DNA of 59,336 bases, the filler included, from Sluysia triapertura (taxonomy: Eukaryota): the NCBI GenBank assembly GCA_046118255.1. It is 4 parts of 4 records of this genome, joined end to end, with 100 filler letters (N's around TTAATTAATTAA, not from the genome) between each part and the next. Parts side by side here need not be neighbours in the genome. Positions count along the whole stretch, not along the records: positions 15,424 to 35,002 come from JBJNIA010057655.1; positions 35,103 to 47,519 come from JBJNIA010111867.1; 2 more parts are not named here. One strand, written 5' to 3'. The notes beneath the pieces are model-generated. The model searched no databases. It was not told the DNA's origin and worked only from the letters and a program-made list of their open reading frames with translations. The translations under genes were made by a program, and so were the position numbers. Of the stretch, positions 25,911 to 40,404 are shown piece after piece. Position 1 is the first letter of the stretch. Each line of letters begins with the position of its first letter.

Positions 25911-26897
25911 TTAGATTGAAAAAGACTTCCCAGAAAAATGAGAAATATAAAAAATACATGTATTTATAAATTCCAAATATACTTAGTCAAATAAATAACC
26001 ACCATCCAATTCGATAACCATCTTCTTTCTCTATAGTAAATTTTTATTAAATTTGAAGCCGAAATATTTGACCAGTGTCAAATACCAAATTCTGTCTTGC
26101 AAAAAAATGATTATTTGAAGGAGCAGGATTTGGACTATAACTTGGTCGCGGAAGAATTTCTCAATTAAATCTTTCTAAAGTTCTCCTTTTATATTGGTTA
26201 ATAGTAGCCGAACCTCTTACATTTTCTGGTGTAAGCGATGTAACTATTGACAATATATGTCATGCAATACCATTTCGTTCATTTTCAGTAATTCACAATA
26301 TATGATTTCAGTCTCGCCTTACCAAACACAAAAAAGAACATTTTTTAATGTAAGCCACTTTAAGAAGTCGGTTTAGCTGATTAATCTATAGAAAGCAAAT
26401 GTTTTTGCGACTCTTGTTATGATACAATACCGATTTTTCATCTTCCATGAAAATTCTGTCTAAAAAAGATTCAATATTTAGTCTTATGATAGAAAAGTTA
26501 CAAGTGAGACTCAGAAATTTCTGCTCCGCAGAAACTCAAGCACCACAATATAGTATCTATTAAAGTAGTTTTAAATGATTTAAAACAGTTTTCTGGCTGT
26601 GTATCGTAACTGTCCCCACTTGAAAGTATTGGACTGGATTCAATAAGCATAATCTTCTAAGTCTATTGTTTAAGTTGAAGTTTCCATATCTAAATTTTTG
26701 AAATTTATTTTAAGTTATTCTAGGGCTTAGAGAATTTGAAGATATTTTGACATTTTATTAAAACCTTCAGTGGCTTTGGAACTAGTATTATACTCCAAAG
26801 TAATAAAATTAACCTAATATATGTTTTAAAAATTATTACGATTTTGTTAAATTTGAGCTGTTCAATTTTTAAATCTCCACAGAACTCTCTAACCTAA
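25911..26897 (-). mobile_element. Degenerate mariner (DD34D) element in a HID1 intron
   Basis: TA-flanked TTAG(A/G)TT termini. Minus-strand LDRIFMEDEKSVLYHNKSRK (cf. LDRIVTGDEKWILYDN), EILPRPSYSPNPAPSNNHFF (cf. HPPYSPDLAPSDYHLF), VIELDGGYLFD*. Confidence 0.85.
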
Positions 26898-27002
26898 TAT
26901 TATTATTTCATCTATTAAAATAAAATGAAGCAATAATTTAGACATCTAAAAGAAAACTTATTTACAATGTCGATAAACATAATAAAGAAATAACAAACAA
27001 AC

Positions 27003-27696
27003 TGTTTACAATAACAGTCAAAAAGCAATCATAGAGAGGTTGTATTCCAGAATGTCCAGTTGTTATAATTCGATGAAAGACCAATATTAAGAGATCAGCA
27101 TGATTGCCTGTAAAAACAGGAACGTCTATTGGTAATCGCTTATTGTATGTTGTGTTAAGTTTAACACCACAATTTCGTTCTCCGCTAAAAAGAAGTAATA
27201 AAAATGCACCAATATGCATTACACCAAGCCGAGCAGGATCAGTAGCTGCATTGCTCATGTGATACAAAATAGGTACTAAAATATCCATCAGCACTTCACT
27301 TTTTAACAAATAATTCATAAAATTCCGATTAATTTCACAAAATCGCCATAACAATATTAGTAATTCTTGATGAAACTGGATTTTCTTGATTGATCGTGGT
27401 AAATAAGTCGGAGTGAGTGGATTATTAAGAAGTCGAACAAATCCAGTTAATAGAACTTCAAAATCGTCACCTTTATGAAGTCGACTCATAAAATTGACAA
27501 ATAGATTATCAGGGCCATCGAGATCAAAATCCTGAGTCATGGTGTCACTAGAAGATGCACTTTCTACACTTTCTCGTGGAGTGCTAGTTCCACTAGAATT
27601 CGAAGTTGAAGATAATAATTTTGAAGCATGGCTAGCGTGAATTGCAACAGAATCAGGTTTTTGGCCGGGATGACATTCCAATGTAACACATAAGAA
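27003..27696 (-). CDS. HID1: HID1 exon
   Basis: FLCVTLE..GPDNLFVNFMSRLH..KKIQFHQELL..SGERNCGVKLN..PVFTGNHADLLI..LYDCFLTVIVN; AG/GT boundaries. Confidence 0.95.
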
Positions 27697-29152
27697 CTAC
27701 AAATCAGTAAAATCATAATTATAATACTACGGTACTAAACATATAATCTGAAGTGTAATTAAATATACAATATATATATTAATTACTAAACATATTTTTT
27801 TAATACTATTAAATAAATCAATAATAAAATTACTAATTTATATACATTTACATAATGATTTAGTTAATATATTTAATGTCAGGATGATAGTAAAATAGTG
27901 TGAAAATTTCAGATTGCCACATGATTTCAATAAGTAATTGTTATTTACTGGCATAACATCATGTTTTTATAATAATATTTTAATACGATTATAAATTAAA
28001 ATTAAAATAATAATTCATGAAAAGTTAGATGTTTTTTCAATTTTTCTGCTTTATCTCCTGCGTGGCGGCTACCCATACCTACCTTTCGCTAGCCTGAATA
28101 CGGTAGTGTTTATTGGTGGCTATTATGTACTTATAAAATTCTCTTTACTACAGCGGCTCCCAATCTACTGCGAAAATCACATTCTAAAGAAAGTTTGTTT
28201 ATTTTCATAATGAATTTGTAATTTTATAATAAATAAACAATTTATGATTATTTATTAAAATATTAAAAATATATTTTAAATATTCAAATTAAATAAAAAT
28301 GAAATCGATTGTATCGCAATAAATAAATAAATGATTCTCTTAAATTTTAATCTTATTTACTAATCACCACTACTGCACTCTTTATACATATATTATACCA
28401 TACTAATCTAAATTTAAAGTTGTTTAATGAATGCATTAAATTAATTTTTTAATCAATTATTTGTCTCCATTTTCTAGATCAAAGAAAACTTTTTACATTG
28501 GCTTTTTGAAGCAAAATGATGGAAAATTTTGGGATTTATTAATCAATAAATATGATGCTGCAAAATGAATACTTAAATAAGCCTCTTCTGTAATGTTGAA
28601 GATTTTAGTTTAAACAATCTGTAATATGTGTTAACAATGTGTAAACAATTTTTATATAAAAATTTATGTAAAATTCTAGATGTATATATTTAAAAATTAA
28701 TGGTCAATATTATTGATAACGTATAAATAAAATTAAATATTAAATATTAGGAAATTTTATTATCAATTAAAGAATATATAAAATATTCGAAAATTATAAT
28801 AATTATTATTAAGTACACTATTCAAAATATTGATCTATTCGTCAAAAATAATTTTTGTTTAAAAAGATATAATGATTATTTAAAAATACTTTCATTGTAG
28901 AAGTTTTGAATATTTATTGGAAATTACAAAAATGCGGAATAAAAAAATGATTGTCTTTATGAAAGAAAAATTTATCTAGAATAGAGAGTGATAAGATAAA
29001 TGCTATGTCACATACGTATTATTTCAAAACGTTGGAACTGGCTCTAAGTAAACACCAAATCAATAAAATATTATGAAATATTTTAAATGACACCATTCCT
29101 TTAATAACTTTTGATATTCGAGCTATAATAACAATTAATAATCTTAGTTTAC

Positions 29153-29512
29153 CTGTAAGGCCACTTCAACTAGCGGTTCTCTGTAATCACTAAACATTAG
29201 ATGATTATATGGCATACCAAGACCAACAGGATCATATGAAAAAATAGTATTTAAAAGAGAAGCAAACAAAGGTAAAGCGAAACGATTATGTATCCTTGAA
29301 GTAATGTAGGAAACCCATCTACCAGGTTGCTGATTTAGTGCTTGATCTGGATTTAAATACATGGTTGCTGAACAACATACGAGTAACAGTTTAACCATTT
29401 CAGTTCGACGAAAATCATGTGAACCAGCAGATCCTGGAGATCCATTAAATCCAACACCATTTTCCCATATATACTCACAAGGATCCAGTAAATGAATTGC
29501 TTCAGGATTATC
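29153..29512 (-). CDS. HID1: HID1 exon
   Basis: DPCEYIWENGVGF..ALPLFASLLNT..YDPVGLGMPYNHLMFSDYREPLVEVALQ; TTTCAG / GTAAAC; 360 nt, phase 0-0. Confidence 0.95.
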
Positions 29513-32085
29513 CTGAAAAATAATGAATAAATAATAGAACATTTTAAATTAATAATATGAAAATTTTTAACAATTTTTCTATTTAGACTATTGTGTTGAA
29601 ATATACTACTCATTTAAATTATGAATATTAAACTTTGTCAAAATGAGAAAACCAATGAAATAAACGCTTTTTGCTTAACAAAATTAATATAATCAATGGA
29701 GTATTCGTTCATGAAAGCTCACCCAACAAATTTACAATCTATTCATGTAGTGAACTTCAGATCAACTTATAATAATAATAATCACAAATAAACACCTACA
29801 TTAATTAACACGTACTACATAAACAAGTTATTGAGTAAATTACAACATATCAAATCACTAAATAAGAACACAAACACAGTTCTAATATTTCTTAATTGAT
29901 TAAATTTCGTACATTATTATCGTAGTTGCAAAACCTTGAATTTTGTTTTTAAGTATGTTACTGGTATTTGCATCACTATTATTTTTATTATTCCCACTAC
30001 TACCACTTGTATCTATTTCATTATAATACTGTGGAATAAGTACAATATTTCTGAAATGGAAAGAACATTGTCTCCTTTTTAAATATTTTAAAATAAGTAT
30101 TCAACATAAATCATACGTTATAATATTTCTGAAACAGAAAAAATTTTGCCTTTCTAGATATTTCATAATCTTCCAGCAGTTTAACAATATAACTATATTA
30201 TATATACGTACATTAATATATTAAACACTATTAATTAAATAATATAAAAATAAAATTAAAAATAATTAAAAAAAGCAATTAGTACTATGTTATTAGAATG
30301 TAATTTTTTCAAAAAATCAATAAATCGGGATTTTAACTTGGATTCAAATGGAAATACTTCTTGGTGTGGAACTGTGTCAAAATACGTGTTTAAATTTACA
30401 GATTCAAATATGATATATTACTATGATTCTTTTGTAATTAGTGGCACACTACTAACACTTTTATTAACTCAATTAGTTCGTATTATTGTGTTTTATAGTT
30501 TCACGTTGATCGTACGACTGGAAAGATAAGCATATTTAGAACTTTACATAATTGTTTATTAATTATTATATATTTTGACATATTGTATACAGGAATTGTT
30601 TTACTAATTTTACACTTGATTTACCTTGGATTTACGCAAATCCATTATATTGGTTTTGCTATTTTGATGGTTTATTGGTAATTTTAAGTTTTATGATTTA
30701 CTTGTATAATGATCTATAAAATCGTTATATTTGAGTTGTATTTGTTCTGCTAATAATATTTTTGTATAGTAATCTTAAATCTTCAGGTGTTTTATATTTG
30801 TTTACTTCGTATAAACCATATAGTTTTCTTGATTGCAATTGCGATTATAATGCTCGAAAAGATTTAATAATTTACTGGACCATTCTTAAGTTTCTTTTTA
30901 TTGATGGATTAATTCCAATTTTATTATATTTTTCAATTACATCTCTTTATTTGTGATATTGAGATTATGCGCTGCAATGGGAGGTTTAGAATATTCAGCC
31001 ATACTGTTTTACAATTATTGATGCAATTTCGCAAAACCGAACGTATGCGAGTGGTGAATGTAAAACATGACCAAAGGGTATCCATACTAAATTAATGATT
31101 TCAAATACAATTTGGACAGTCAGAGTGTTGTTAATTGTGAGTAATAGCTTTTATATTATTCAACTGTTCTCATCGATCTACGTTGATTGTTTCGTGTTTA
31201 ATATAAAATTTCAGTTTTATTTTGTTCATTTAAGTGAAGCGTTCAAGACTTTGATATTTTGTTGTCTACGTGTCCTTAAGCCGAAACTAAATTGGCTAAA
31301 ATTAAATAAATTCCTAAATGTAAAAAAGACACATAAAATTAATGATTGGTTCAGGTGAATTATTATATTTTAATAAGTATATAAAACCTATAAAACCCAC
31401 AACAGAAATCAAAATAATAATACAAAAATGCCAGTTTTATTTCTGGTTTATGGTTTTCTTTATTCATCGACAATTTTTAATTTAGAAGCCAGCTTTTTAT
31501 TTGTCACAAAATTTCCTCCACTAATATCCAAAGTATTCAAAAAAGAATGGATTCTTTAAAATATTTTAGAAAATTTTGATGTGGGCCACAACATAGAGAG
31601 TCTGAAATACTCTATTTTCTGCCTTGAAACTCAAAGCATTTAATCAGGCATATAAGTAGTACCATACAACGCGATTAATGTATTAACAGCAGTTATTATT
31701 ATTATTATCATTTTATGAATAATTTCAAAAAATTTATTTGTTCATTCTTCAACATATATAATATCTTTATTTTATCTTCTAATGAATTTCTTTTCCTTAT
31801 GCTTCGGGCTTTATCTTAATAAGCATTTCTTAATATTTACGCATACCGTAGATTATAAAATTATGCATTTAGCAAACATTTGATTTGTTTTTTTGGCTTA
31901 TAGGTAGGACAGAATAAAGATTAAAATGTAACCCTTATTTTTATGTCTGTAATGACGAAAATAAGTTTTCGGCATCAGAAAATCATGTATAAATGGAAAA
32001 AATCATGTACCTGATTGAAAAATTTTTACACATTATTTTGATGAATTAATTTAGATAATAAATAAATTAAAAACAATAAACTAAC

Positions 32086-32139
32086 AGGTCCTGGTTTTTT
32101 CTGTGCATAAACCGTAAAATCAGGATAGAAGAGTAAGGT
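32086..32139 (-). CDS. HID1: HID1 54-nt exon (absent from the ORF track)
   Basis: TTAG|TLLFYPDFTVYAQKKPGP|GTTAGT matches HID1 DLLFCPDFTV; in phase with the next exon. Confidence 0.88.
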
Positions 32140-32162
32140 CTAATTATAAATAATTTTTAATG

Positions 32163-32163
<1 letters not shown>

Positions 32164-32216
<53 letters not shown>
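32164..32216. repeat. (AAT)n microsatellite
   Basis: Direct reading. Confidence 0.95.
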
Positions 32217-32217
<1 letters not shown>

Positions 32218-34619
32218 TTACAAATTTTTTTTATTTTTTGCTTTAATTTATAATTTATTTCGAAATGCTTTTTAACTTTATAAGATATATCAATTACTTG
32301 CTTTCGATGATTATTAAATTTTAAGGTTACTATGATTTCATTTACATTTTACAATTAACGCAGTTATTGTAAGTATTATAAACGTTTATCTTTAAAGTAC
32401 ATCTGATAATTTTTATATGGTATGTATTGTATGAAGTACCACAAAAATAATTAGTTTCAAAAAATAAAACATTTTTTAATCCCCTTTTTATTCATTATAA
32501 AGTCGCTAAATTATTAAATTATGCTTAGTTTTTAATATTTTTACGGCAAGATTTATAATTTTATTGAAGACTTTTAAATTAGTTCAAAAATGTCATCATG
32601 TATCTCATATTGTGGCCATTATGGTTTAACACAATCAACAACAACAACACAAAGTTCATTAATTACAACTTTTAAACATGGATACCAAAGAAATCTCTTA
32701 AACAGATATTAAAAGTGTCTACATTCGTAACAGAGAATGGTCAATATCCTACAACTTCAGGATTTAGATATATTAATTTTTATATATTAATTAGATATAT
32801 TAATTTTTGCAACTAATTATTTTAGTAATGGTACTTTACTAATGTTTACTACTTTAGTAATGTTTACTAAGACCTTAAACGTTTTCCAATGAAATTAGCT
32901 ATAAATTTTAGAATAAAATGTGAAGCGATTGAATTGCAAGTGTTGCGATTATTAAAGAAATGTTTAACATTGACTACGAAATTGATATGGATTAAAATTC
33001 CATCTAATTTTTTGATGAATATTATCAACATTAAAGAGAATATTTATGTAACAATTTTATCATCCAAATTTTGACCATCTTCAAATATAACCAATACTTG
33101 TTAACAAAATATATTAATATTATTTAATATATAGTGGCTATCCTCATCAATACAACCTACAAACGTCAACACTGCATCATCAATTGGGCACAACGCAATA
33201 TACCAGTCAACGCTGAAACGTTTCGTAAAGTTTTGTTCAATTTAATTGATGGGGAAACATTATTTGTGTCATTTAAAGTACGGTATTTTGACTTTTATTT
33301 TTATTACTTTTTAGTCAATTATAATTTTTACTTTAGTTCCATCTCCAATATGTTCACAGACATTTCAATATTTTATGTATAAAACTTTGATATTTAACAT
33401 TTATTTAGTTGATTCATTTTATAATTGGAATAGATACGTTCTAGATTGTTTTATTTTATTAATTTTAATGTAAGCATTTTTAACAGAAGTTCAATAAATG
33501 TAATCAAATAATTGAGTTTAATAAATAATTTTAATTAAGACTAATTTTAATAATCTTTCTTCTAATAATTATAATAAATACAATTTCAATAATCATACAC
33601 CAAATAAATGTTATAATCTTTATATAATGATAATACCATTATTAATTCTACATATATTTTCACTATATATTATTAAATAATGCTTTATATTAAATAATTT
33701 TATTGAATCTATATAATTTCATTGCAATTTTTTTTTGTACATAATTAGACTATATGATAATACGATTACTATAAAAGAATTTTGATATTGAATTTTAATA
33801 AGCGAAAATCAATATAAAAGGATAGTTGTTCAAGTTTAATGAACACAAGAATTGATTTAACTTTACGACATTTTGCTAATCGGGGAAACAGCTTCAATCG
33901 ACATCAATCCTACTGAGGTCTGGAAAAACAAATCTATTTTATGAACAATTAACCGTATTACGGAGGATTGATCAGGATACATAAGAAAATTATTTTCATG
34001 CGATTGATCTAGAGGAAATTTCTTTATTATTCATTCAAATTACGGTCCAACATAATTTATAAATAACATTTTGAAGTGTACTCTTAATTAATAAAATTTG
34101 TCTTAGTACTAAAATTATCATTATATAAGGCTAGATTATAATTTTAATCTGTAACATTACTCTAATATCAAAATTGCCGTTGTTAATTATTGTTAATTGT
34201 ACTTTATATAAATAATTGTTTTACATAAATAATCCTTTTATTTGTAGTTTAAGGGAGTTGACAATAAAGCTATTATAAAATAAAATTAGAATTTGATAAA
34301 ATAAATTAAAGTCTAATGAAGTGAAAGAAAAATCTGTAGAGTTGAATCAAGAGACACCCAAGTAGGACGGGAGCAAAGTTTTATAAAGAAAGCATTTCTA
34401 TCTCAAGATATCTTCGACAAGTATCGGAGTTCGTACCTTCCAGATAAAGTTTCTGAATTAGTAAAATACATTAGATATAGAATTTTAGACTATTGATTAT
34501 AGAACCTACATAGCACTTAAAATGAAAATTTACGAAAGAAGATTTACATCAGCAAACAAATAAAATAAAAACAACAAGAACCATTTTCATATTAAATAAA
34601 AATAAAATCAAAATTTTTA

Positions 34620-34633
34620 CAATAATAATAATA

Positions 34634-34674
<41 letters not shown>

Positions 34675-34705
34675 TAATAATAATAATATTAATAATAATA
34701 ATAAT
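34620..34705. repeat. Interrupted (AAT)n microsatellite
   Basis: Direct reading. Confidence 0.9.
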
Positions 34706-35002
34706 TAAAAACAAATTGAAATTTAATCCTTTACCATCATATTTCGTTTTTGTACTTGCATGTATTTTATTAATATGTAATTAATAATTGTACTTATGTT
34801 TATTTTAATCAATATGATTTCAGTTGTATTGTTGTGTTTTTCGTTAAAATTAATAACCCTTTTCAATAACTAAAATCAAATAAAACTGAATCTCTAGATA
34901 TTTTTATATAACAATTATATAAATTAAATATTATAACACAAATCTTTATATCACAGTTATAGTTATAATAATAAAACCTTTTATATAGTTAATCAAATTC
35001 TC

Positions 35003-35102
35003 NNNNNNNNNNNNNNNNNNNNNNNNNNNNNNNNNNNNNNNNNNNNTTAATTAATTAANNNNNNNNNNNNNNNNNNNNNNNNNNNNNNNNNNNNNNNNNN
35101 NN
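35003..35102. other. Artificial scaffold linker
   Basis: N44-TTAATTAATTAA-N44. Confidence 0.97.
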
Positions 35103-37834
35103 GTTTGTGTTAAATTTTCTTTTACTTTCAAAAAACTATTATAACATACTTACTAAGCTAAGGACAAATTATTAATAGAAACTATAGTAATATTTATAAA
35201 AAGCATACCTACAAATACGATAAAAAGTAGGGAAAGTATTTATAATATAATATCGTGAATTGTTGTTTAAATTTATTGCATATATAGTTTTAAAAATAGT
35301 ATAAATTCATATATAGGAAAAACGTGCATACAACATTATTTCATTGGTAAAGTTAATTAGACCATACTACAGTAGATTATACAAGTACAAGTATCTACTA
35401 TGTAATTACTTAATTTATATTATATTCTCAATAAACCATTTTAGAACAATAAAACTGGAGGAATTTTATTGTAACCTTAAAGCAATTTTATGTACCATTT
35501 CTTGGGTACTTTCATTTCAATCATCCTTAATTATTCATTAATTCATTTATTAAGTAAATTAAGCTTTAAACTCGATATATGCGTACATCGTTTTTGCATT
35601 GGAATTATCGAATAAGTTGGGATTGAAAGTTTAATTTTATTTTAAACTGGCTGTGCGTAAATTTTGTTTTCAATGTATTATAAGAAATTTTGAGTAAATT
35701 GCACAATTATTTGTAAAATTTATGCTCAAGAATTTAATATTCATAATTTCCATATACAATTTGGAACATTTGTTGCTAACTATTTAGTTTAATAATGCTC
35801 ACCGTTATTTTCTTTGTATATAATACCATTATTGGAGGTGTTTATGGTAAGATTTTATTTTGATTTTATAATGTATTATAGTTAACCTATTATTTAACCT
35901 ATTATTATCATTCCATGTTACATTCGTAATTAAAGTTCTACACAAACACACAAATGTATCATAATTAAAATTCAGAAATAAATCACGGCAATCTTTTGAC
36001 AAAAACATTAATGCCACTATTCTTATTATTATCATTATTATTATTATGATTATTACAAGCCGTGGTCAATTATTTAATAACCATTTTATTTATATTTCTT
36101 TTAATAAAGTTTTCAGTTGTAACAACTTTAGACACTGAAAGTAAAAATGTCTATTCAAAAGTATAGTGTTGGAAATATTTTTTACGTAATTTTTGAAACA
36201 CCATTTCTACAAGAACAAAGTTATTTAAATTATTATTTAAATATTAAAATTAAATAATTTATATATAAGGATATATTGAAAGTATTTTCCCCAATCAAAA
36301 AATGTATTAAATGTGTTTTTCACATTGTTTTAATATAAGTAAGTCTCTTTCGAAATGTCTCACTATTTCCTTTTTATTTGTTAAGATTATTAAAGCCCTA
36401 CGAACTTTTTGGATAATTTCATCTTTGTTTAGGTTTTACAAATTATTATACATGTGATTAGACAATATAGACAATTCAAATCTTGTGAGCTAATTAGCTA
36501 ATTTAAAACCTTGATTTTGTAAATAATTTGTTGAATAGTGTGAGTCATGATTCTTGCTATTTAGCCATATCTAAATCTAATAATGAAATAATATGATTTT
36601 CAATTCCAGCATATTAAATTTAGTTAAATTTACTTTACATTAGGGCGTGACATTCCCAAAAAATTTATTATTGTCAGTAGCCAGAAAATAAAAATTTGAC
36701 AGTTACTAAAGGTAATATGAAAGCTAACTTTTCCTTAATTTATAAGTATTAAAATTGAGTATGAATTTAGTTTCAAAAATATAGTAAGGTTTTTTATAAG
36801 TTATTAGAAGATTTAGATTCGAATGTTATCAAATAAATTTTACTTTACTAAAGCAAATCAATTCACGTCACATTAAATTACTCGTTGGAAATAAGTTCTT
36901 AACTGGTTTTTGCTGATAGAGATGAAAGTGCCTTCTAAATCAGAAAACTAAATATATCTAATTCTATAAAACAATTTATTAATCAAAGCATTTATGAAAT
37001 GTGATTATCAAAATAGAGGTCACATGAATTTTGTATTGTAATTTTCATTTTTATTTTATTAAAGTGATCGGTTTCAATTTTATTCAAACGTCTTAATTTA
37101 GTTAAACTTTGATTTTATTTCAACTGAAACGTTTATTTTAATTCAGAAGTTTGATACTGTAATTGCTCAAGCATAATAATTCGAATCTAAGTGATTGATA
37201 ATGAGATTAACAATATTTACTATAATGTTGTAATAATCGGAATAATAATTTAAAATTAATTAATAAATAAAATAATTAGGAGTGTCTAATATTTACAATC
37301 AATAATTTTTTGTGTACCATTTGTACTTTTTATTGATATGTTTTTGATGTATTTTCATTGTCCAGTGTGTAGGGTATTCTTTTAATAATATTGAATAAAA
37401 AATTAAGTTTTATTCAATAAGTTTTCAAAATTTTATTTATATTTTATATTATATATAATGTTTCAGATACATTTTAATTATTAAAATATTAATAATAAAC
37501 AATTTCGCAAATAATAAATATTTAACGCTTACTTTTAAAAACAATAACAGCGTTTTTATTTAGTTTTTATGATTACGGAAAAATACGTTACTTTTATCCA
37601 TAAGAGCTTATCAAACAGCTTTTCTGTTTTAATTTAAACTTCAATTTAGTATATAAAGAGAATAGCGCATCATTTACACTTAATATATTTTTAAAAATTA
37701 AACAGTTATTGAAGTTTTAAATAAAATCTTTTTATCAATTTAACTTGTCTTCCTTAAAATGTTAATCGTATTTTAATGTTTCAGTGTTTATATTTTATTT
37801 CATAATTTCTAAATTTCTACATTTTGATAACTAC

Positions 37835-37975
37835 AGCTAAATACCTGAAAATCAATGAAGAAAAGTTAGAATTTATAATCTTCAGTAATAAAAATAACTA
37901 CAATACCAAAAAAATGAAGCAAATTTAATTGTAGGTGATAAAACACTAGATGCGAAGCAAAAAGTACGAAATGAA
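37835..37975 (+). mobile_element. LINE (L2/CR1-like) RT C-terminal fragment
   Basis: YLKINEEKLEFIIFS ... LIVGDKTLDAKQKVRN (cf. LKLNxxKTEFLxF ... VRNLG). Confidence 0.55.
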
Positions 37976-38923
37976 CATAGAATACTAATTTTGTTAAAAA
38001 GTATTAATATTAATTAAAGAAAATGTCAAATATTATAAAATTTATTTATAAAGAAACAGTTCATTCATTATGTGGTGACTTAACTCTTTATTCAAAATTT
38101 TACCATTTCATAATACTACACAAACACACAACAACTAAATAACTTAAAATATTAAATCTTAATAATTTAAAATTTCTTCAATTAAAAATTCAAAATTTAG
38201 TAAAAAAATGAAATTTCTATAAAAACAATTTCAACATCTTTTTAAATCTCTTTCGTTACTCTTCTTCTTACTCTTTTCTTCTGGCTTCCATCGATTTTAA
38301 AAAGAAATAGCTATAAGAATGAATGCAATACATGATTCAAATTATGTATTTCTGCACATTATAATCAATTCGCATTGTAGTCAATTCAAAGCGAAGGTCT
38401 TGTTCGAGTATCAAATATTACTGAAAACAGAGAATTACTTATTTTCTTTTTGCAAATGTGCTAATGTCTCTAATAAAACTTAATTCGAATAGATTCCAAC
38501 CATCAGCTTTATCAGTACATCAGCATTTTATTAATCTTAAACCAACTAGTGGTAGTCACAATGGGGTAAAATTATGGATTTTCTGTTTTTAAGAATTTCA
38601 ATAAACTTACAGATTTGCATGGTAATTATAATGGGAATATTTTTGATGAACGATTCGTGCATTTTAAATTCACGTAGTATCATTATAGTAATAGATTAAA
38701 TAGTCTCGATAGAAGAGCTAAAAGAAGCATAGGAATGACGTTCTTCGTGATTACCGTTTATGCTATGTATTTTACAATCAACAACACCCTCAGATATCAA
38801 CATCTCAAGAATTAGCAGTTACAGGTCAGTTGTTAATCATGGTGAAGCCTACAGTGAAAATGTATTCAATAATTTAGCTATTATGTCACCAAACAAAAAT
38901 AATTGCGATAAGAATACACATGA

Positions 38924-38924
<1 letters not shown>

Positions 38925-39006
<82 letters not shown>
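38925..39006. repeat. (AAT)n microsatellite
   Basis: Direct reading; explains the poly-N and poly-L ORFs. Confidence 0.95.
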
Positions 39007-39398
39007 TTGCTGTTAGCTTTAAGTTATCAAAAATGTTCCACAAACAAAGCAGTGTCCAATTTTAAATAAAAGTAATAACATAAAAGATAATTATAAAACA
39101 ACGATGAACAAGCTAGATTCGTTCATTTCAAATAACCTTTTATTTTGCACATTATTTGTAAATCAATTTTTAATAAAATAAGTTTTTTCTGAAAGAATTA
39201 TTTTGAACCATCAATTATAATTTAAAGAAATCAAATATTTATATAATAATAATTATTATTATAATTAAATTTCCTATTTTATTCGTTATTTTACGGCAAT
39301 GTAGAAAGTTAACATTATGTAGAAATATATATATGAAGTACTAAAATTAGTAATCTTACCACAATTTTTCATCACAAAAACATTGTACCACAATTATT

Positions 39399-39813
39399 AT
39401 GGCGTCAACTCAAACATCATCAGTTAAAGCAATTACTGAAGATAATGTTTACGGAATTCCACTTACAGATTTTTTAGGAAATCCTGAAGAATATGGATAT
39501 GCTAATAATTTTGAAGCTCGTAAAAATTAAGGGAGATTTGCTTCCAAAGTACAGATTATGCGAAATGAATCATTTTGAATCAATATCAGATGATCCGATG
39601 ACATTTGAAACAACTTATGAGATAACAAATCAGTTACATGGATTTGAGAAATCGAAAAGGTAGATAGAGTGAATTCACGGCTAGGTGTTAATGTTTTGAT
39701 GCAATATTCTCTAGATAAAGGCAAACCAGTATTGGTAAAAGTGAAAAGGCGACTACTTGAAAAATTTAGAGAATCATTTAGAGTTCCTGAAAGATCAAAA
39801 CACAACTCTGGAA
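39399..39813 (+). pseudogene. Prefoldin subunit 3 (VBP1) pseudogene fragment, several frameshifts
   Basis: YGIPLTDFL; PKYRLCEMN; TFETTYEITNQLH; VDRVNSRLGVNVLMQYSLDKG (cf. TDKVCLWLGANVMLEYDIDEA); KNLENHLEFLKDQNTTLE (cf. LEEDLDFLRDQFTTTEV); ends at a GTAAGC donor. Confidence 0.85.
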
Positions 39814-40029
39814 GTAAGCTTTGTTAACTGTCTACTCTCTACTATCTTTAGTGATATTACTTGTGATCAATTCATTCTCCCATGTAATAGCATTTTTAAT
39901 ACAACAATTGTAAATTTGTTTTGTTCTCAAAGAAAAATAATAAAATTATTTATTTCATAATTTATTTTTATGCTCATAATAAACTTTATTTTAACGAGAA
40001 ATTTTTAAACAACATTCGACCTAAACAAT

Positions 40030-40172
40030 AATATCTAACAACATAGATTTTAACAATGGCTTATTGTACTCAATTTCATATGTAATTACAATTGATAATT
40101 AATCAAGCAGCAAAACTAATTCTTCAAGTGGGAAGAAGATTTCATGTAACACCTTATTACACTGATTGCCAA
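40030..40172 (+). mobile_element. L2-like LINE fragment, same segment as ~20225-20390
   Basis: Shared CAACATAG.TTTTAACAATGG, TAATTAATCAAGCAGCAAA and CATGTAACACCTTAT. Confidence 0.8.
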
Positions 40173-40404
40173 TCATGATTTTATCATGTTTTTATCTTTG
40201 GTACTTTATTAATTTGCTTATGAAGCATTAATTTATGATAATCATTAAATTTATAAACTATTAAAACATTTATCTTTCTAAAAGTTGTCCTTAATCATAT
40301 GAATCGAACAAAAACACAAAAAGTCCATATATATATATATATATATATGTTATACGAATTGGCAAAATAACAATGATAAAACGACAATCACAGATAAAAT
40401 AACA

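Noticed and set aside
31060-31100. Minus-strand LVWIPFGHV as a LINE RNase H motif
   Set aside because: Single short motif without the following GNExAD.
34243-34510. TGTAG...CTACA solo LTR
   Set aside because: No target-site duplication or second copy; unsupported.
38760-39065. Poly-Asn and poly-Leu ORFs (also poly-Ile at 52638-52892)
   Set aside because: By-products of AAT microsatellites.
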